This document shows positions 1 to 13,300 of a stretch of 64,000 nucleotides of DNA, one piece after another. The position numbers and the translations under genes were made by a program. Under the pieces are notes generated by a model. That model did not search any database. It had not been told where the DNA came from and saw only the letters and a list, made by a program, of their open reading frames with translations. This DNA is from Isurus oxyrinchus (lineage: Eukaryota), in the NCBI GenBank assembly GCA_026770705.1, contig JANJGN010000042.1:1674001-1738000 (forward strand), in the 5' to 3' direction. Within the stretch, counting starts at the first letter, position 1. Each line of letters starts with the position of its first letter.

Positions 1-205
1 CTGGAATGATCTCTGTCCCCTAATACAATTTTCACTGTCCCCTAAAACAATGACCACTGTCCCATAACCATAATGATCACTAGCTGCTAAATACAATCTT
101 TAAATGTCCCCTAACTACAATGATCATCTTCTCCTAAATTCAATCATTAATGTCCCCTGAATGCAATATTCATTGTCCCCTAAAAATAATGTTGATTCCC
201 CCGTA
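1..205. repeat. Degenerate ~22-23 bp minisatellite (TGTCCCCTAA-core units)
   Basis: TGTCCCCTAA-like cores recur at ~15, 36, 58, 106, 151 and 175, each followed by TACAAT/ACAATGA-like sequence. Confidence 0.8.
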
Positions 206-3200
206 AATGGAACAATGCGCTCTCTGCAGGGAACATTTGTCAGAGCTCCGCAAGGGATTATTTAGACGTTTACTAGAAAAGCATCATATCACCGCTGCTT
301 TAAATGTTATTTATGGAGAATTATTTTAAAATAGACTCGGCACAGTCACAGACCCCTGTGTATTGTACCCAGTTCGGTGAGTCTGCTTTTGTCAGGGAGC
401 TGGTGATAACTTCCAATGTTTTTTCTTTTTGTTTCTTTATGAGATTTTCAGATTTATTTCCATGTTACATAGTTGCCTTTGAATTACTTTCATCTTTTTC
501 AGCTTGTGATTACTGGCTCTAATGGCTTTATTACAGTATCACTTTTTACAACCTATGCTTTGTTCAAATACCTTAAGTGTAAAAATTAAAGTAATCAGGG
601 ATTCAAGCATATCATTCAACCGAGATGAGATACGGACCAAGTTGTGGCCTAAAACAGAGCAATTCTATTTCATTGATTTATTAACCTGTGTTTGCTTTTC
701 TACATATAATTTCCAATCCCTGTTTTGTAGATTCCAGCCGATCATAGAAAACACACTAATTTAAATCATGAAGTCTTCTTAATTTCACAAAGCTCAAATG
801 AACATGTAATTAAGAAAATACTTTGAAATGGAAGTCGATCTGTAAGTTTACTAAGCTTGAAATCGGGCATTGTTGTTTACGTGTCGTCTCAGAGGTGAAA
901 CACAATTGTTACATTTAACTGCTAACCAGACCTCCACTTTAATAGCAATTTCTCAAAATGCACAAATCCAACCAAGAGGATAATTACTTTTTATTTTAAG
1001 TTTCAGCTTCTTGTTCCGTCGCCAGAACTCTCCTTTTTAAAAAATTCTTATATATTTGTAACAAAGTGTGACACATGTTTTGTGATGGGTGTCCTGCAAC
1101 ATAATTGCATCGGCTCCAAGACTAACTGCAAATATGCAAACGTAAATGATAGGTTGTTTGATAGTGACAGAGAAACTAACCAATCAATAGAGACATTCAT
1201 TTTGAGTGGAAAGGTTCGGCTCTTTTAAAGATAACAAGTTTACTTAATGTCAGGAGACCTAATTGTTCTAAATAAACATCAAAGAGGTATTTGAACTTAA
1301 TCATTATTTAATTGTCATTGGGCCAGTTTGGTGCAGGACACTTTCTAGTTGTGGACAAAAACGCCCAACACTTTAAGATTTTTTTTTCGCGGTATGGCCG
1401 AACCTAACTCTGAATGGTGATAGAAACCTGGAATATTGGCGGAACGGTACGATTCGAAATATGATTATGTCAGCCTGTTGCCTGACTGCTCTCTGGGGCA
1501 GATCTCATGCATCCACATGTGTGTGAAGAAGACTTTACAGGATCGACAGAGCTGACTGTCATTTTGTTTTTTCTGGTGCTTAGCTCGATGCCGGGTGTTC
1601 CATCGCTTCTATTTTCAAACATTTGCTCCCGCTTGCAAGGCCAGTTAAGGGGGCAGTTGTCACTCCACTGCACCTCCCTGGGCGTAGCGTCACATAGAGG
1701 CCAAACTTGGGAAAGACAACTGAATTCCTTCACGAAAGTATATGAATGAAACGGATTGTGCTAATTCATGAGAATGCTGTTGTTTCATGGTCATCATTCA
1801 TGATTGCTCTTTTTTTAATTTTCAGCTTACTTTCGTGAACTGAACTTATGTTCATCAATTGACGTGGTGGGATGTACATTTTCGTCCCTGAATCACTAAC
1901 CTTGCCTTCAGATTTACTAGAACATGAACATGACCTCTATTCCAACTTACACCAAGGCAATTGTCTACCAACGAGATATAGAGACTAGGGTTCAATTGAA
2001 AATATCAAAACTGAGATTGATAGGATTCGGTACCAACTGCTTTAAACTAAGGTGTCCAAATGGAGACATTCTGCATATTATCAGTGCACTAATTGAAGGA
2101 CAGCGAAGATTCCAGGACCAGAATATCCTTCTCCATTTGCTATGGGTCAACAACTTCGGGATAGGATCCAAAATTGCACTGGTAAATGCATAACTGAAAC
2201 CAGAAACCAGCTATAGTCAGCAATTTCTGCAAAGCATCGAGAAGGGAACAAGGAGGCGTAGAACAGAACCAAGCAGATTGGAAAAATGGTCGCCAGTATA
2301 GTAAGTATGACTATATTTCAATAGTCAGTGTGACAGCAAAAAGAATGTGATGCACACTGGACAAAGAGTGCTCCAATGCAATGGATGTGGACAAAGTTTT
2401 CACTAGTTAGCACAGCATGAATAAATAAACGCATCGCACCATTCACAGTGGGGAGAGGTCTTGCACGTTTTCAATGACTGGACGAAGTTTCAACAAATCA
2501 TCCAACCTCAGTAGCACAAGGATGCGGTATACTGCGAAACATTGCAAATGAGGACACTGCAGGACGGGACTTGCTTCCTCAGCCCGACTGCAAATTTATC
2601 AATATATTCCCACTGAGAAGAAGTCGTTCACATGCTGCATGGATTAGGGAAGATGTTAACAGTTGTTTCTTCTTCTCGCAGTCCATTATGTTCAAGAGGT
2701 AGAAGTAGGAAAAACCTTTCAAATGATATGTAGTTGGCGAGTGACTCAGTCGTGCATTTCAATTGCTGACAGATGAGTGAAATTTCAAGTAGCAGCAGAA
2801 TTTCAATTATGTGCTTACTAATGATGTTAATCACATCTGGGGTTATTTAATAATCTGGACAAAGGGCATATAAAGCAAAGGCTAATGGATCAATTTCGGC
2901 CTGACATTGAAAGACCTATCGAGGTATAACAAGTAATTACTTCCTTACTCACGATCTTCCGCTGGCAACAGTGACAAATATTGAAACCTGTGCCGCATTT
3001 TGCATTTGGGGAGCAGGAGAACTGCCATACCCCAAGCGCATGTGCAGTACTCACCCGAGATTGGGATAATGATTTGTTGCAATGAGTACCCCATAATATC
3101 TCTGGCGTGACATTTTGTGGCTATCAGGATGGCAAGACATGTGTTTGTGCATGGTCAGTGGGGAGCGGCAGTGCTGTAAAATGTGGCGAGTCATTCAAAA

Positions 3201-3892
3201 GCTCATTGGCATTTGCAGAACCAAAAAATCTCGCCGCCGAGAGGGGCCATTAAATTCTGAATTTGCCATTACATTTGATGAGTTATTTTTAATAATTCTG
3301 TTGTTCATGATTGATGCCCATTGACATTAAGACACTGTTGTTAGACTCGATTTATGCTGTTTGATAACACTGGAAATGTCATCATAATTGTCCGATTGAA
3401 AGTGTAGAAGGCGAATTACTGTTGTTCATTTTTTCCTGCCCCTTATTCCTATGTTCAATGACAAGGGATAGCGAGTGTGAAGCGGTGACTAGTGAGTTGA
3501 GAACAATGCATGGGAGCAGCATTTGATACCATTTCAGAACGCCTTTTACCTCCAAGGTATAAACTACACAAAGCAATAACATTGAGGTTCCTACCTTAAA
3601 TTGTTAAATTTTGGTATCCAATATCAGATCTAAGTCGGACTCTCTGTCTCCCACATGGATTTACAAGGCCCTGGGGGCTGGTAAGGATGTACCAGGCCCC
3701 TGCTAGCACGAGGAAGACAACTAAAAATTAACGGGGAGCAGGCAACGTTCTTTATACATTGTTAAATTCACACAGAGGAAAAGGGACTCAAAGCAAATGA
3801 CGCTGCTTCCGGGAGACTAGACTTGGTGTGAGATAAACAAAAGCAGCAATGGATGGAACACAAATTATGACTCATGTTGGATTTTATTGATA

Positions 3893-4803
3893 TCATCTTT
3901 TAAATAATTTAACAAGCAGATTCAGTGGGAATTTCACACCATTCTTTAACTCTTCTCTGAATTTACTCTGGGTCCCTGCATAAATAAACGGATTGACGCA
4001 GGAACTCAGGAGCTGAAGCATACGTGCGCTTTCCTCCAGAAGAAAATTTGATTCATTGATATTGGTAGAGTCTACATAGCTAAGATTCGCAATTCGGACA
4101 TAGAGGAAGTTTATAAGTCTTAACAAATATAACAGGATGAAACTGCCCGAGATACAGAAGAGCAAAACGATGGACTTCCTTCTTTTCTGCATCTCTGGGT
4201 CACTTTGATTCTCTCCATTGCTCTGGATCCGGAGTCTCCTGCGGGCTCGACTGGCCGCTACAATGTGTCTGATGGTCAGAGCATTGAGCAGTAAAATAAG
4301 GACGAATGAGAGGCAGAGGATTAACACGGCGATTATGCTTTCATAAGCGACCCATGCAGGTGATGTATAAAATGTTGATTTTGTGTTGCATTGCCAGGGT
4401 ATATTGTCAATGATAAAGGCAGGCTCACACATAAAATACAAGGGAATGCTTTTAACACAGTTCAGTGCACAGACAGTTCCTATCACCGCAGCCGCCATTT
4501 TCTCAGTGCAATATTTAGTTTTCAGCTTCTGGCAGCAAATGGCTACAAATCGGTCAAAGGTGAAAGCCACTGTTACACAGACAGAAGAATCGATGACACA
4601 ATAAATTAGCACAAGTCTGAGGCTGAAGACCGGAGTGATGGACAAGAGACTGAATGGGAAATAAATACCTATAACCCGGTTTAATAACACAACTGTGATC
4701 CCGACAAGGAGATCCGTCACGGCCATGGACATCAGGTAGTAAGTGATACATTTTGAGAGACCGCATCTTCCTCGAGGCAGTATCAAAATCACTGCCAGAT
4801 TAG
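3893..4803 (-). CDS. GPR139-like class A GPCR, copy 1 (intact), exon 2
   Basis: Open frame with 7TM hallmarks (MAVTDLLV, FTFDRFVAIC, LLLNALTIRHI, NPFIY). Acceptor tcgctgtcacag|CTAAT at 4804/4803. Joins exon 1 in phase 1 (G+CT=Ala). 70+911 nt gives 326 aa plus stop. Confidence 0.93.
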
Positions 4804-5279
4804 CTGTGACAGCGAAAGGCAGCCAGTGAATATCAGATGTTGAGAAAGAAATTTATAACATAAAATGTTGGAAATTCTCATTCAAGCAGCAGTTGAAAAG
4901 AGAGGAACAAGTTAGCATGTCAGAGAAATGATCTAGAGGAAAATAACCTAAAACACAGCAATCTGTTCTGTACTGTCAGCAACACTAAGGGCTCACCCAA
5001 GGTGAACATTGAACGTCCTGGATTGTGACTCTGAAATACAATCAATGTTGTTCTCATCTAATGTTTAGCGACGGGAAAATATAAGAATACTCTGAAACAC
5101 TGGAAAATCGAAGGTTAACAAATACTTTACAGAGCTTGAAAAAAGTTCAGCAAAAAAAAAGCTAGTACTTAACTGAAAAACAGATGAAGGAGATCTGATG
5201 CATCTTAGCTGCAACAATTCGAAGTTAAAGGAACAAGGCTTCACAGCCACAAGTAAAGCAGATCATGCTTACTATGGAT

Positions 5280-5420
5280 CAGGTGTGGCTCAATTTGTAG
5301 CGATCTCACTTTTGATTCAAAAGGTTTAGCATTCAAGTCCAACTGATGGACTTCAGCAACGTTGCACTGCCCGATATGCTATATTTCAGCTAAAACAAAA
5401 GACTGAGGAACGGTCCAATA
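5280..5420 (+). mobile_element. Degenerate tRNA-derived SINE head (intronic)
   Basis: GTGTGGCTCAATTTGTAGC (A-box-like) and ATTCAAGTCC (B-box-like). A similar head occurs at ~56685-56770. Confidence 0.45.
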
Positions 5421-6063
5421 ACTCGTGAATACAAAATCTAACTTAACAAATAGCTGTCATTCACATTCCAGTGCAAGGAGCAATATATGCACATGGCAAA
5501 GTGAGGTAATTCAATAGCTGTGAAAATAACACAATAGAGCTACATTTACAGCATAATAAATCATCCATGGTGACAGTGCCAATAATACAATTGATCTACA
5601 TTGCACTGTGATATTAGTGTGCTAAATACTTCGCCCACATTAATAATGACAATAACAACATCTAATTTCACTTAGACTGAGAGACCGCACTGCTAAGTGG
5701 GAGAAAATTTTTAATTAAAGAGATGAAAAGGCATTGGTGAAGCAAACATAGTAATCCCTGAAATGGAAGTAAGTATACTGGCAATGGGAAGAAACTGTTC
5801 TCGTGAAGGGGAGAAATGATACCCTTAAAGTGGAGAAAAGAAACCAGTAATGAGCAGTAATATTGCGAGGAAAGGGAAGATTTAATATCAATTAAAAGAA
5901 GAATGCACTAAACGTAGAGATAAGGATACTGAAAAAAAGGGAAAACATTATAAATAACAAATTATCCTGTTAATAGGGTGAACCATAGAGAAGCAGTACA
6001 GCTAAATTAAAGAAGTGATAAAAAAATGATTCTGGTAACTGGTAACTAACCCTAATACTTTAC

Positions 6064-6133
6064 CTGGAATACCAATAGCTGCAAGAACGGGATAGTAAAT
6101 GGCGAACACCAGACCTTCTGGTATCCCATGCAT
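6064..6133 (-). CDS. GPR139-like GPCR copy 1, exon 1 (MHGIPEGLVFAIYYPVLAAIGIP)
   Basis: ATG at 6133, 70 nt, donor CCAG|gtaaag. YYP..A.GIP start of TM1, with a phase-1 intron at the same G.P|AN position as vertebrate GPR139. Not present in the supplied ORF track. Confidence 0.92.
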
Positions 6134-6182
6134 TTCTCTCAAAAGCTCCGAGTGTGCTCTGTGCTACACCGAAAGACTGTTA

Positions 6183-6192
6183 CATTTATACA
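6183..6192 (-). promoter_or_regulatory. Putative TATA box of GPCR copy 1
   Basis: TGTATAAATG on minus ~55 nt upstream of the ATG. The paralogous position upstream of copy 3 reads CATATATATG (~22757-22766) inside an alignable block. Confidence 0.5.
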
Positions 6193-7739
6193 TGATGTCG
6201 GACTCTAGGGAGACAAAGGGAAGGTTTGGCCTTTTACATTAATTACACTAACTGAAAAAAAACATTTTAGTGCAGCTGCTGCCGCGCTCGCATTTATGTT
6301 TTTGATGGAATGGAATCTGTTTTCAAGCACACTGGCGCGGCTCCAAATTGAAATAATCTGATAGGAGAGTACGGTCCAAGTTGCATTTTTTCCTAAAATT
6401 TAAATAACAAGCCAAATAAGCGATTGTAATTGTGAAAGTGAGAACTGTGCACGAGCATCCATGGCTTTAAACCCCGCAGGAAAACATTACAAAGTTCTCA
6501 CTCTTGATCATTTTTCAGCCCGTGTGTACACGGATCACGTGTAATGTGGCTCCCTTTCCCTTCTGGAATGAGGAACCAATCAGTAGCCATCCATCATCAG
6601 CCTCTCTGCCTGCTTGGACGTCAACTCACGACGAAAGCGTCTCAATTAACTCTGTAAATGAAACGCCAATGCTATGGGTGTTGGCATGTGTCCTATTTCT
6701 GTTTGGCTTTTAGATGGATTTGCAGCAGAATCATTGTTCCAGGCCCACTCAGGCACCTCCATCACACTTCTTCCTGGTATATTCATGACCAGATCAGTGT
6801 TGATCTCGTTCAACCCCTGAACTGGAAAATGAGGTTATGTTTGCTTTGGAATGTAACCCTCCCCATGCCCTTATTTGTTCCATGTTTGAAATTTATATTT
6901 CCTTCTGCAGCTTTGATGTGGACACATCGGGGAATTGGCCATGGCCCAATATTCAACAGAATTCACCAACACCCAGTTATCTTGAATACACATCCATGCA
7001 CATCTCTTACTGGAAAGGCTCTTTTCTGTTCTCTCAGAATCTCAGTTTCTGCTGAATATGTTCGATTATCCCTTCTAGCTTTCTCCAATAGAGCTTCCAA
7101 TGACTTCAGCCGAGTATTTCCAGCGCACTGTGGCTGACAGAACACAGCGCCGTGCATGTAACATGTCTCACACTTCTGCTTTCACACCTTCTCCCCCTCC
7201 AAGATCCACAATAGGCTTCTCCTTGCCCTTGCCCACCTCCAGTATCATTTGGTCCACCTCTGCATTTTCAAACACATCCGGCATGTTGTCACTGCCCAAT
7301 ATGTGCAACTCACCTCTACACCTTAATATTGAGAATGGGTCATTTGCTCCACTCCGCACTTGTCTCCTCCTCAAGCAATCCAACCCTTCCTTTTCTGAAG
7401 AACGTTCCCATGCACGCAATGAACATGCAACGCCAGCCCCTGTCTCCCTGCCCTTCTCTCTGTCCTACGTCCCAAACAATGCTTCCAAATGGAAAATCGA
7501 TTTGTTTGAACTTCTGTCCATTGAGTGTACCCTGTTCACTGCTCAATATGCAGCCTGCTCTACATTCTGGAGGTTAAGTGTAGATTGGTGATCATTTCTC
7601 AGATACATCCATTCAGTCCACAAGTGTGATCTTCTGGTCACTTGTCACCCTAATTATCTGTTCTGCTCTCACTTTAACATGGAGCATATGATCCAGGAGT
7701 AAAATCTGATAGTTCCTTAAGGCACTTTCTAGGCTTTTG

Positions 7740-8100
7740 TATTTTCCATAAATTTCAACAATCGTGATCACAACCACTGCATTCTTCTTTCTTCTTTGCT
7801 CTTTGTTGTTCTGTTGGAAAACATTTGTTGATTTCGATTCTGTTATAGACAGTTTGCCATCTTTTAGACATTCTGCTTCTGCTTTTCCTTGTTCCACTTT
7901 GACCTCCACCATCACTGCTTTTGTCATTTGAATTCTGCTGTTTTCCCCTGTGCCAGAAGCATCTCCTTTTGATCTTGCTTCCCCACATTCGTTTTTTGCC
8001 TCTATACTTGCATGAAAACTGTTCCGTCTGTTACTTTTGCCTGCTCTGATAAAAGGTCACATGCTGCCGGATATCTTGAGTATTTCCATCGTTTCCTGTT
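7740..8100 (+). mobile_element. Penelope-like element 3' remnant
   Basis: Ends in CTGATAAAAGGTCA...TGCTGCC...GAGTATTTCCA..TTT, the same terminal family as at 22376 (-), 35805 (-), 38790-38990, 39375-39580 and 41870. Confidence 0.45.
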
Positions 8101-8109
8101 TAATTCCAT

Positions 8110-9060
8110 TTAGGGTATTTATATTCAGTGTAGAAATGTGCAGCTCGGCATGGTTATATTCACAGTGTGCACACCTAGTTTGGCATGGTTACTTCCATTT
8201 GGACTAGTTCAATTCAGTTAGTGTAGCCATGTCAATCCCGGCAATAACGAATGTGCACAGGTGTGTGGCAACATCCAGTTCAGGACGTGTGTGCTTCGTT
8301 TTTTCAGGCTAAGCTCAGTGCACTCACATTCAGAGAAGATAACCTCCTGTTGAGCACGATTAAATTAATGGTGGAGCACTCCAGATTGACATGGTTATGT
8401 GCCATGTAAAGAGTCCCGTCCAGCCCGCTTGCAATCACTGTTTAGTGGAAAACCAGTTTAGGGGTAAATCACGCTATTGTGACTGTCCAGTTCAGTAAAT
8501 TGCATTAACTGAATTCAGGTTAATTTGCGCACAGCTGCACTCAGTACGAACAGGCCAATTTCTATCTTGTTACACTGAATGTACATAGATGACTATTAGC
8601 CCTGTTATTGTCAAGTTTGTCCGGTGGAACACAACAATGTACGATGTGCACAGCCCCGGCTGTGAACAGTTTCTTTCTTGCTGTGGAAAATTTCACTTCA
8701 GCATGATTACTTTCCATGTAGAATACTCAATTTCATTACTGCTGTATTCGATAGAGAGAGGACCGGCTGGGCATGGTTATGTTTTGTGTAGACGTATTGA
8801 AGTCTGCTCGGTGCTAATGAATGTGTACATGGACATTTGCATTCAGAATGGATTGGTTTAGTTCTGCATTCTTACTTTTAATATGAGCTTCTGTGGTGGA
8901 CAGTCCCAACTGGTCACTGTTACTGTCAGCGTGAACATTTTAACTTCCTAGTGGCTATGCTTCGTGTGCAGATGGCTTGATCAATGAGCTTACATTCAAT
9001 TTGCACAATTACAGTTCTGCAGCATGATTTTCAGTGCAGACTGATCTGGGCCGGAGAGAT
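8110..9060. repeat. Cryptic, highly decayed ~33-34 bp tandem repeat
   Basis: CCAGTTCAGCATGGTTA-like motif recurs at ~8147, 8181, 8275, 8381, 8453, 8487, 8694 and 8764. Confidence 0.6.
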
Positions 9061-9419
9061 TTTATTTATTGTGATTTTCCATGACAAAATCCAGGTCTAT
9101 TTTTAATGATAAAGGAAGGCTCTTAGGCAAAGTACTAGGGGATGAGGAGGTTCTGGAGACTTCGGAATTGTCTTCTCCAGAAAACAAGACACGGCAGGGG
9201 CACTAAATATATTAAAGGCATAGTTATACAAATTATTGATCGACAAGAGATCCAATGGTTACTCAGTCTGGCAGGAAAATGGAGTTAAGGCCAGGATCAC
9301 ATCAGTCATGAACTTACTGTATGTTGGAGCTGGATTGTTGGGTCGAAACGCTTACAACGACTTTCATCTCTTTTGATCTCAATGACTTCAAATAAATATC
9401 CAGCCATTTTCACTGTTTA

Positions 9420-10310
9420 TGCCATTTGGCAATAGATTGAAAGAGTATTTAAACGCCCTTTTCAGCTCCGCTTTGTATTTAGTCTGGGTCCCTGCATATA
9501 TAAATGTATTCTTACAGGATCTAAGGAGTTAAAAACACTGTCGGATTTGCTGCAGAATAAATTTTGTGTCAATGGAAATGGAACTGATAGATCAGCTATT
9601 TCCCATACTTTGTGCAAACAGGAAACGTACAATATGCGTCAAGGCCAGCTGGAGGAAACTGCCTGAAATGGAGAAGAGTACAAAAATAGACTTGCTGTGG
9701 CTCTTCATCTCTGAGTCACTCTGATTCTCTCCATTCCTGTGGGATCAGAGTCTGCTGCAGGATTTACTTACCAGTAGAATATTTCAGGATGTCTCAATAT
9801 CGAGCAGCAAAGTCAGGAGAAAGGAGAGACAAGGGGTTAGAATACAGTCCAGCCAGTCAAACATTCTCCATGGAAATAAAATATAAAATGCATCATCTAT
9901 GATAGAGTTACGTTGTTAACGATATAAATAAGTTCATACATGAAATAAAAAGGGGTGGCTATCAAAGAGGACTGCACACAGATCATTCTTAAATTTCCAG
10001 CTGCTGTTTTCTAACTGCAGTATTTCATTTTCAGCTCCTGGTGACAAATGGCTAGGGAACAGTAAAAGGTGAACTTGAGGGTTGACCAGAGAGTACAACC
10101 TTTCGAACCAGAGTTTAAAGCAACAAGGACGACATAGAGGAATGGTGGACAGAAAACTGACTGGAAAATAAACAGCCGGAAATGGGCTTAATGTCACCGT
10201 AATGCTAATGACAAGGAGATCTGTCACCACCATGGATACCAGATACTGCGTGATACATCAGGAGAAACCACAAATTGCTCGGGAGAAGATCACAATCATT
10301 AGAAAGTTAG
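9420..10310 (-). pseudogene. GPR139-like GPCR copy 2, decayed exon 2
   Basis: Acceptor cttacag|CTAAC at 10310, then NFLMIVIFSRAICGFS* (in-frame TGA at 10258-10260), YLVSMVVTDLL, a disrupted DRF region, and C-terminal NTFIYAGTQTKYKAELK. Multiple frameshifts. No convincing exon 1 found. Confidence 0.88.
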
Positions 10311-13300
10311 CTGTAAGGCAGAGAGCGAGAGAGAGAAAGAGGAGAGAGAGAGGAACAGAATTAGTGCTGAAACTCTCAGCTACACCTGCAGTTTGGTGGG
10401 AGAGGGTATGGAATTTATATCATGAATACTTGATTCAACGCTGGAACTGATTAATTTAGTAACGTAGTGTGTTTTTTTTTATTAATATTGTCCCAAATAC
10501 ATTGGAAATTGGAACATGAAATAACACAAAACACTTATTTTCTGATTTCTGTAAAGTTTATGCAATCTAGAAGTAGCAGGAATTGAACAGGATTAACGTA
10601 TTAAATAGACAAAAGGACAGCCTGAAGATGGCATAACGGACAGATAATAAATCAATACATTTAGTCCTTTAAATTCCGGTAAATAATAACGTTATGAAAT
10701 GTTAAACCGCTATAATACTTAGAGCAATCGAATGACAGGAAATAAGATATGGGTAATAACTTATTCCTAAGAAATAAATGAGGGAACCACGGGACGATGG
10801 AAAATAAAGTTGAACGAACGCCATTGATTCAATTCGGGTTTAGTTCCTGTGGAAACAGGTCAAACAGCATCAGCGGGTTTTTTTGCAGCTCAATGATTGC
10901 TGTAGTGGGAGATTAGGTCTCGTATTTTAATGAAGATTTGTAATTGAAGAAGCAGAAAGTCCTCCGTTTAGAGTCTCATCAAACGAGCGACAGAGCAGGT
11001 AGTGCTGTCCTTCCTCAGGAGTATGCAGCTAGGTTAGGGACTCGAGATCGGGAGTAGGGCTCAAACCCAGGGCTTGAACACTGATATTTCAAAATGTAGA
11101 ACCCCGAAATAAAGTGGCTGTGAGCATAATACATACTGGTTCCGATGAGTATCACACAGCCTTGACAACAAAATGCATCTTAGGAGAATTGAATGGGGCA
11201 GTTAACATTAGCAACAGAGTTAAAAAAAAAGTCTTCGTAACTGTTCATCGATTGCAACTATTTGATAAATTTACGAATAAACATGTGGAGGGTAAACAAA
11301 AATATGGAAAAATACATACCACTATCATTTATAGTTTCGCGCCAATTAGAACATATGCTGATCTGTAATGGTTAAGCTCAAAGCACCACAAAAAAAAACT
11401 CCCTCCCACAAATTATATTCCTTCTTCCACAGTTTGCTCATTCAGTTATGCAACAACAACCCTTCGCAATGTCCTCTTCTTATCTAAAATATTTACTGTG
11501 CCACATGGCTTATTTTCGGCAGCAATTTGGATACGAAACTTACTATTGCTTCATTTCGAACCTTTAAATGCGGTGAAAAGCTGAGACCCAAATACAAATC
11601 TTGCGAATCAGCTGTCACACCCTGTCAATTGAAATGAATTCACTTTATCCATCAACAAATTAAATGAGCTTTGTACACACCACAGCCATCGCTATTTAAA
11701 TTTATGTCGATATCAATATAAATTAACATCTAGGCATGTAAAATAAACGACCTGTTTGACTAAGAAATTCAGGTGTTAATGACATTATTGAAGTAACAAT
11801 TAAACTACATTTTGCAGCATTTGTATCATTGCCAAAAAGTCCTTGAATACAAGACACAGAAATCGTGGGAACACATAAAGCAACCTTGAATTCTTTGCTG
11901 TTGGAGGACAGCCAAACATCCGGAGAAGCTAAACAGTAGACATTTGACCCTCAAGGCTTCACAGTTAAAAAAAAGATGGAAAAGATTTAATTCCGGAAAA
12001 ATTACGTAGAATACAATGAATTCAGATTCAGAATGTTTCTGTTTCCTATTTTGAGTGATTCAGAAAACTGACTGTAAAATAAACAGCCGTAAACCGGCTT
12101 AATACCATTGTAATGAAAATACAAAGGAAATCTATCACCGCCATGGACACTGCGTATCTAGAAAGACCACATCTTCCTCGGGAACGTTTCACGATAGTCA
12201 GAAAGTTAGCTCTAAGCTAGAGAGAGAGAGAGAGAGAGAGGAGAGAGTAGGGAAGAATTAGTGTTGAATTTCCCAGCTCCAACATCCGTTTTGCGGAAGA
12301 ATGGTATGGCATCTGGACCATCAATACTTTATTCAACGCTGGAACTGATTAGTTTACCAATGTATAAATGCTGGTCCATTTTTTATTTATATTGTCCCAG
12401 ATAAAGTGGAAGTCGGAATATAAAATGACACAAAGCACTTACTTTCCGATTCCTGTAAATTTTATGTAATCTAGAAGTAGAAGGAATTGATCTTCACTAA
12501 CGTATTAAATTGACAAAAGGACAACCTGAAAATGGCATAAAATACATATAAAATCTCAATTCATTTATTCATTTAAAAATAAGTAAATAATAACGTTATG
12601 AAACTTTAAACCACTATAATAATGAAACCAATCTAATGACAGGAAATAAGGTATGGGTAATAACGAATTCCTAATAAGTATCAGAAGGAACCAAGGTACG
12701 ATGAAAAAAAAAATGAGCGAACACCTTTGACTAAATTTGGGTTTTGCCCCCGTGGAAACAAGTCAAAGCGCATCAAGGTCTTTTTTTTCAGTTCAGTGAC
12801 TGCTGTAGTGGGAGATGAGGTCTCGCAGCTGTAGTGAGGATTTTCAACTGATAAAGCAGAAAGACCTCGGTTTACAGCCTCGTCAGAAGGACGACAGAGT
12901 AGAAAGTGCTGGACTATCTCAGCGGCATGGAGCTGGGCTACAGACACGCGATCGGAAGTAGGGAACAAACCCAGGGCTTTCCGAACGAACACTGAAATTT
13001 CAAAATTTAGCTCAGTTAAATAAAATGGCTACGAGTATAATGAATTCCGGCTCCGAAGCGTATCACACAGGCTGGACAACGAAGTGCACTACTAAGGAGA
13101 ATTGAATGCAGCTGTTAACCGCAGCAACGGAGTTAAAAATGATCATCACAGTTCAGCGACTGCAATGATTGATGTTAAATTTACGCATTGTTAGTCGAAC
13201 ACCAATAAACATGTGGCGGGTAAACAAAAACATGGAAAATACTTACCACTATCATTTATAGTTTCACGCTAATTAGAAAATATGGTGACGTGCAATGGTT

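Noticed and set aside
5280-5345. tRNA gene
   Set aside because: Only degenerate A/B boxes with no cloverleaf. It is a SINE head.
6900-7420. Possible second Myb/SANT transposon remnant (FENAEVDQMILEV...)
   Set aside because: The similarity is too short and degenerate to call without an HMM search.
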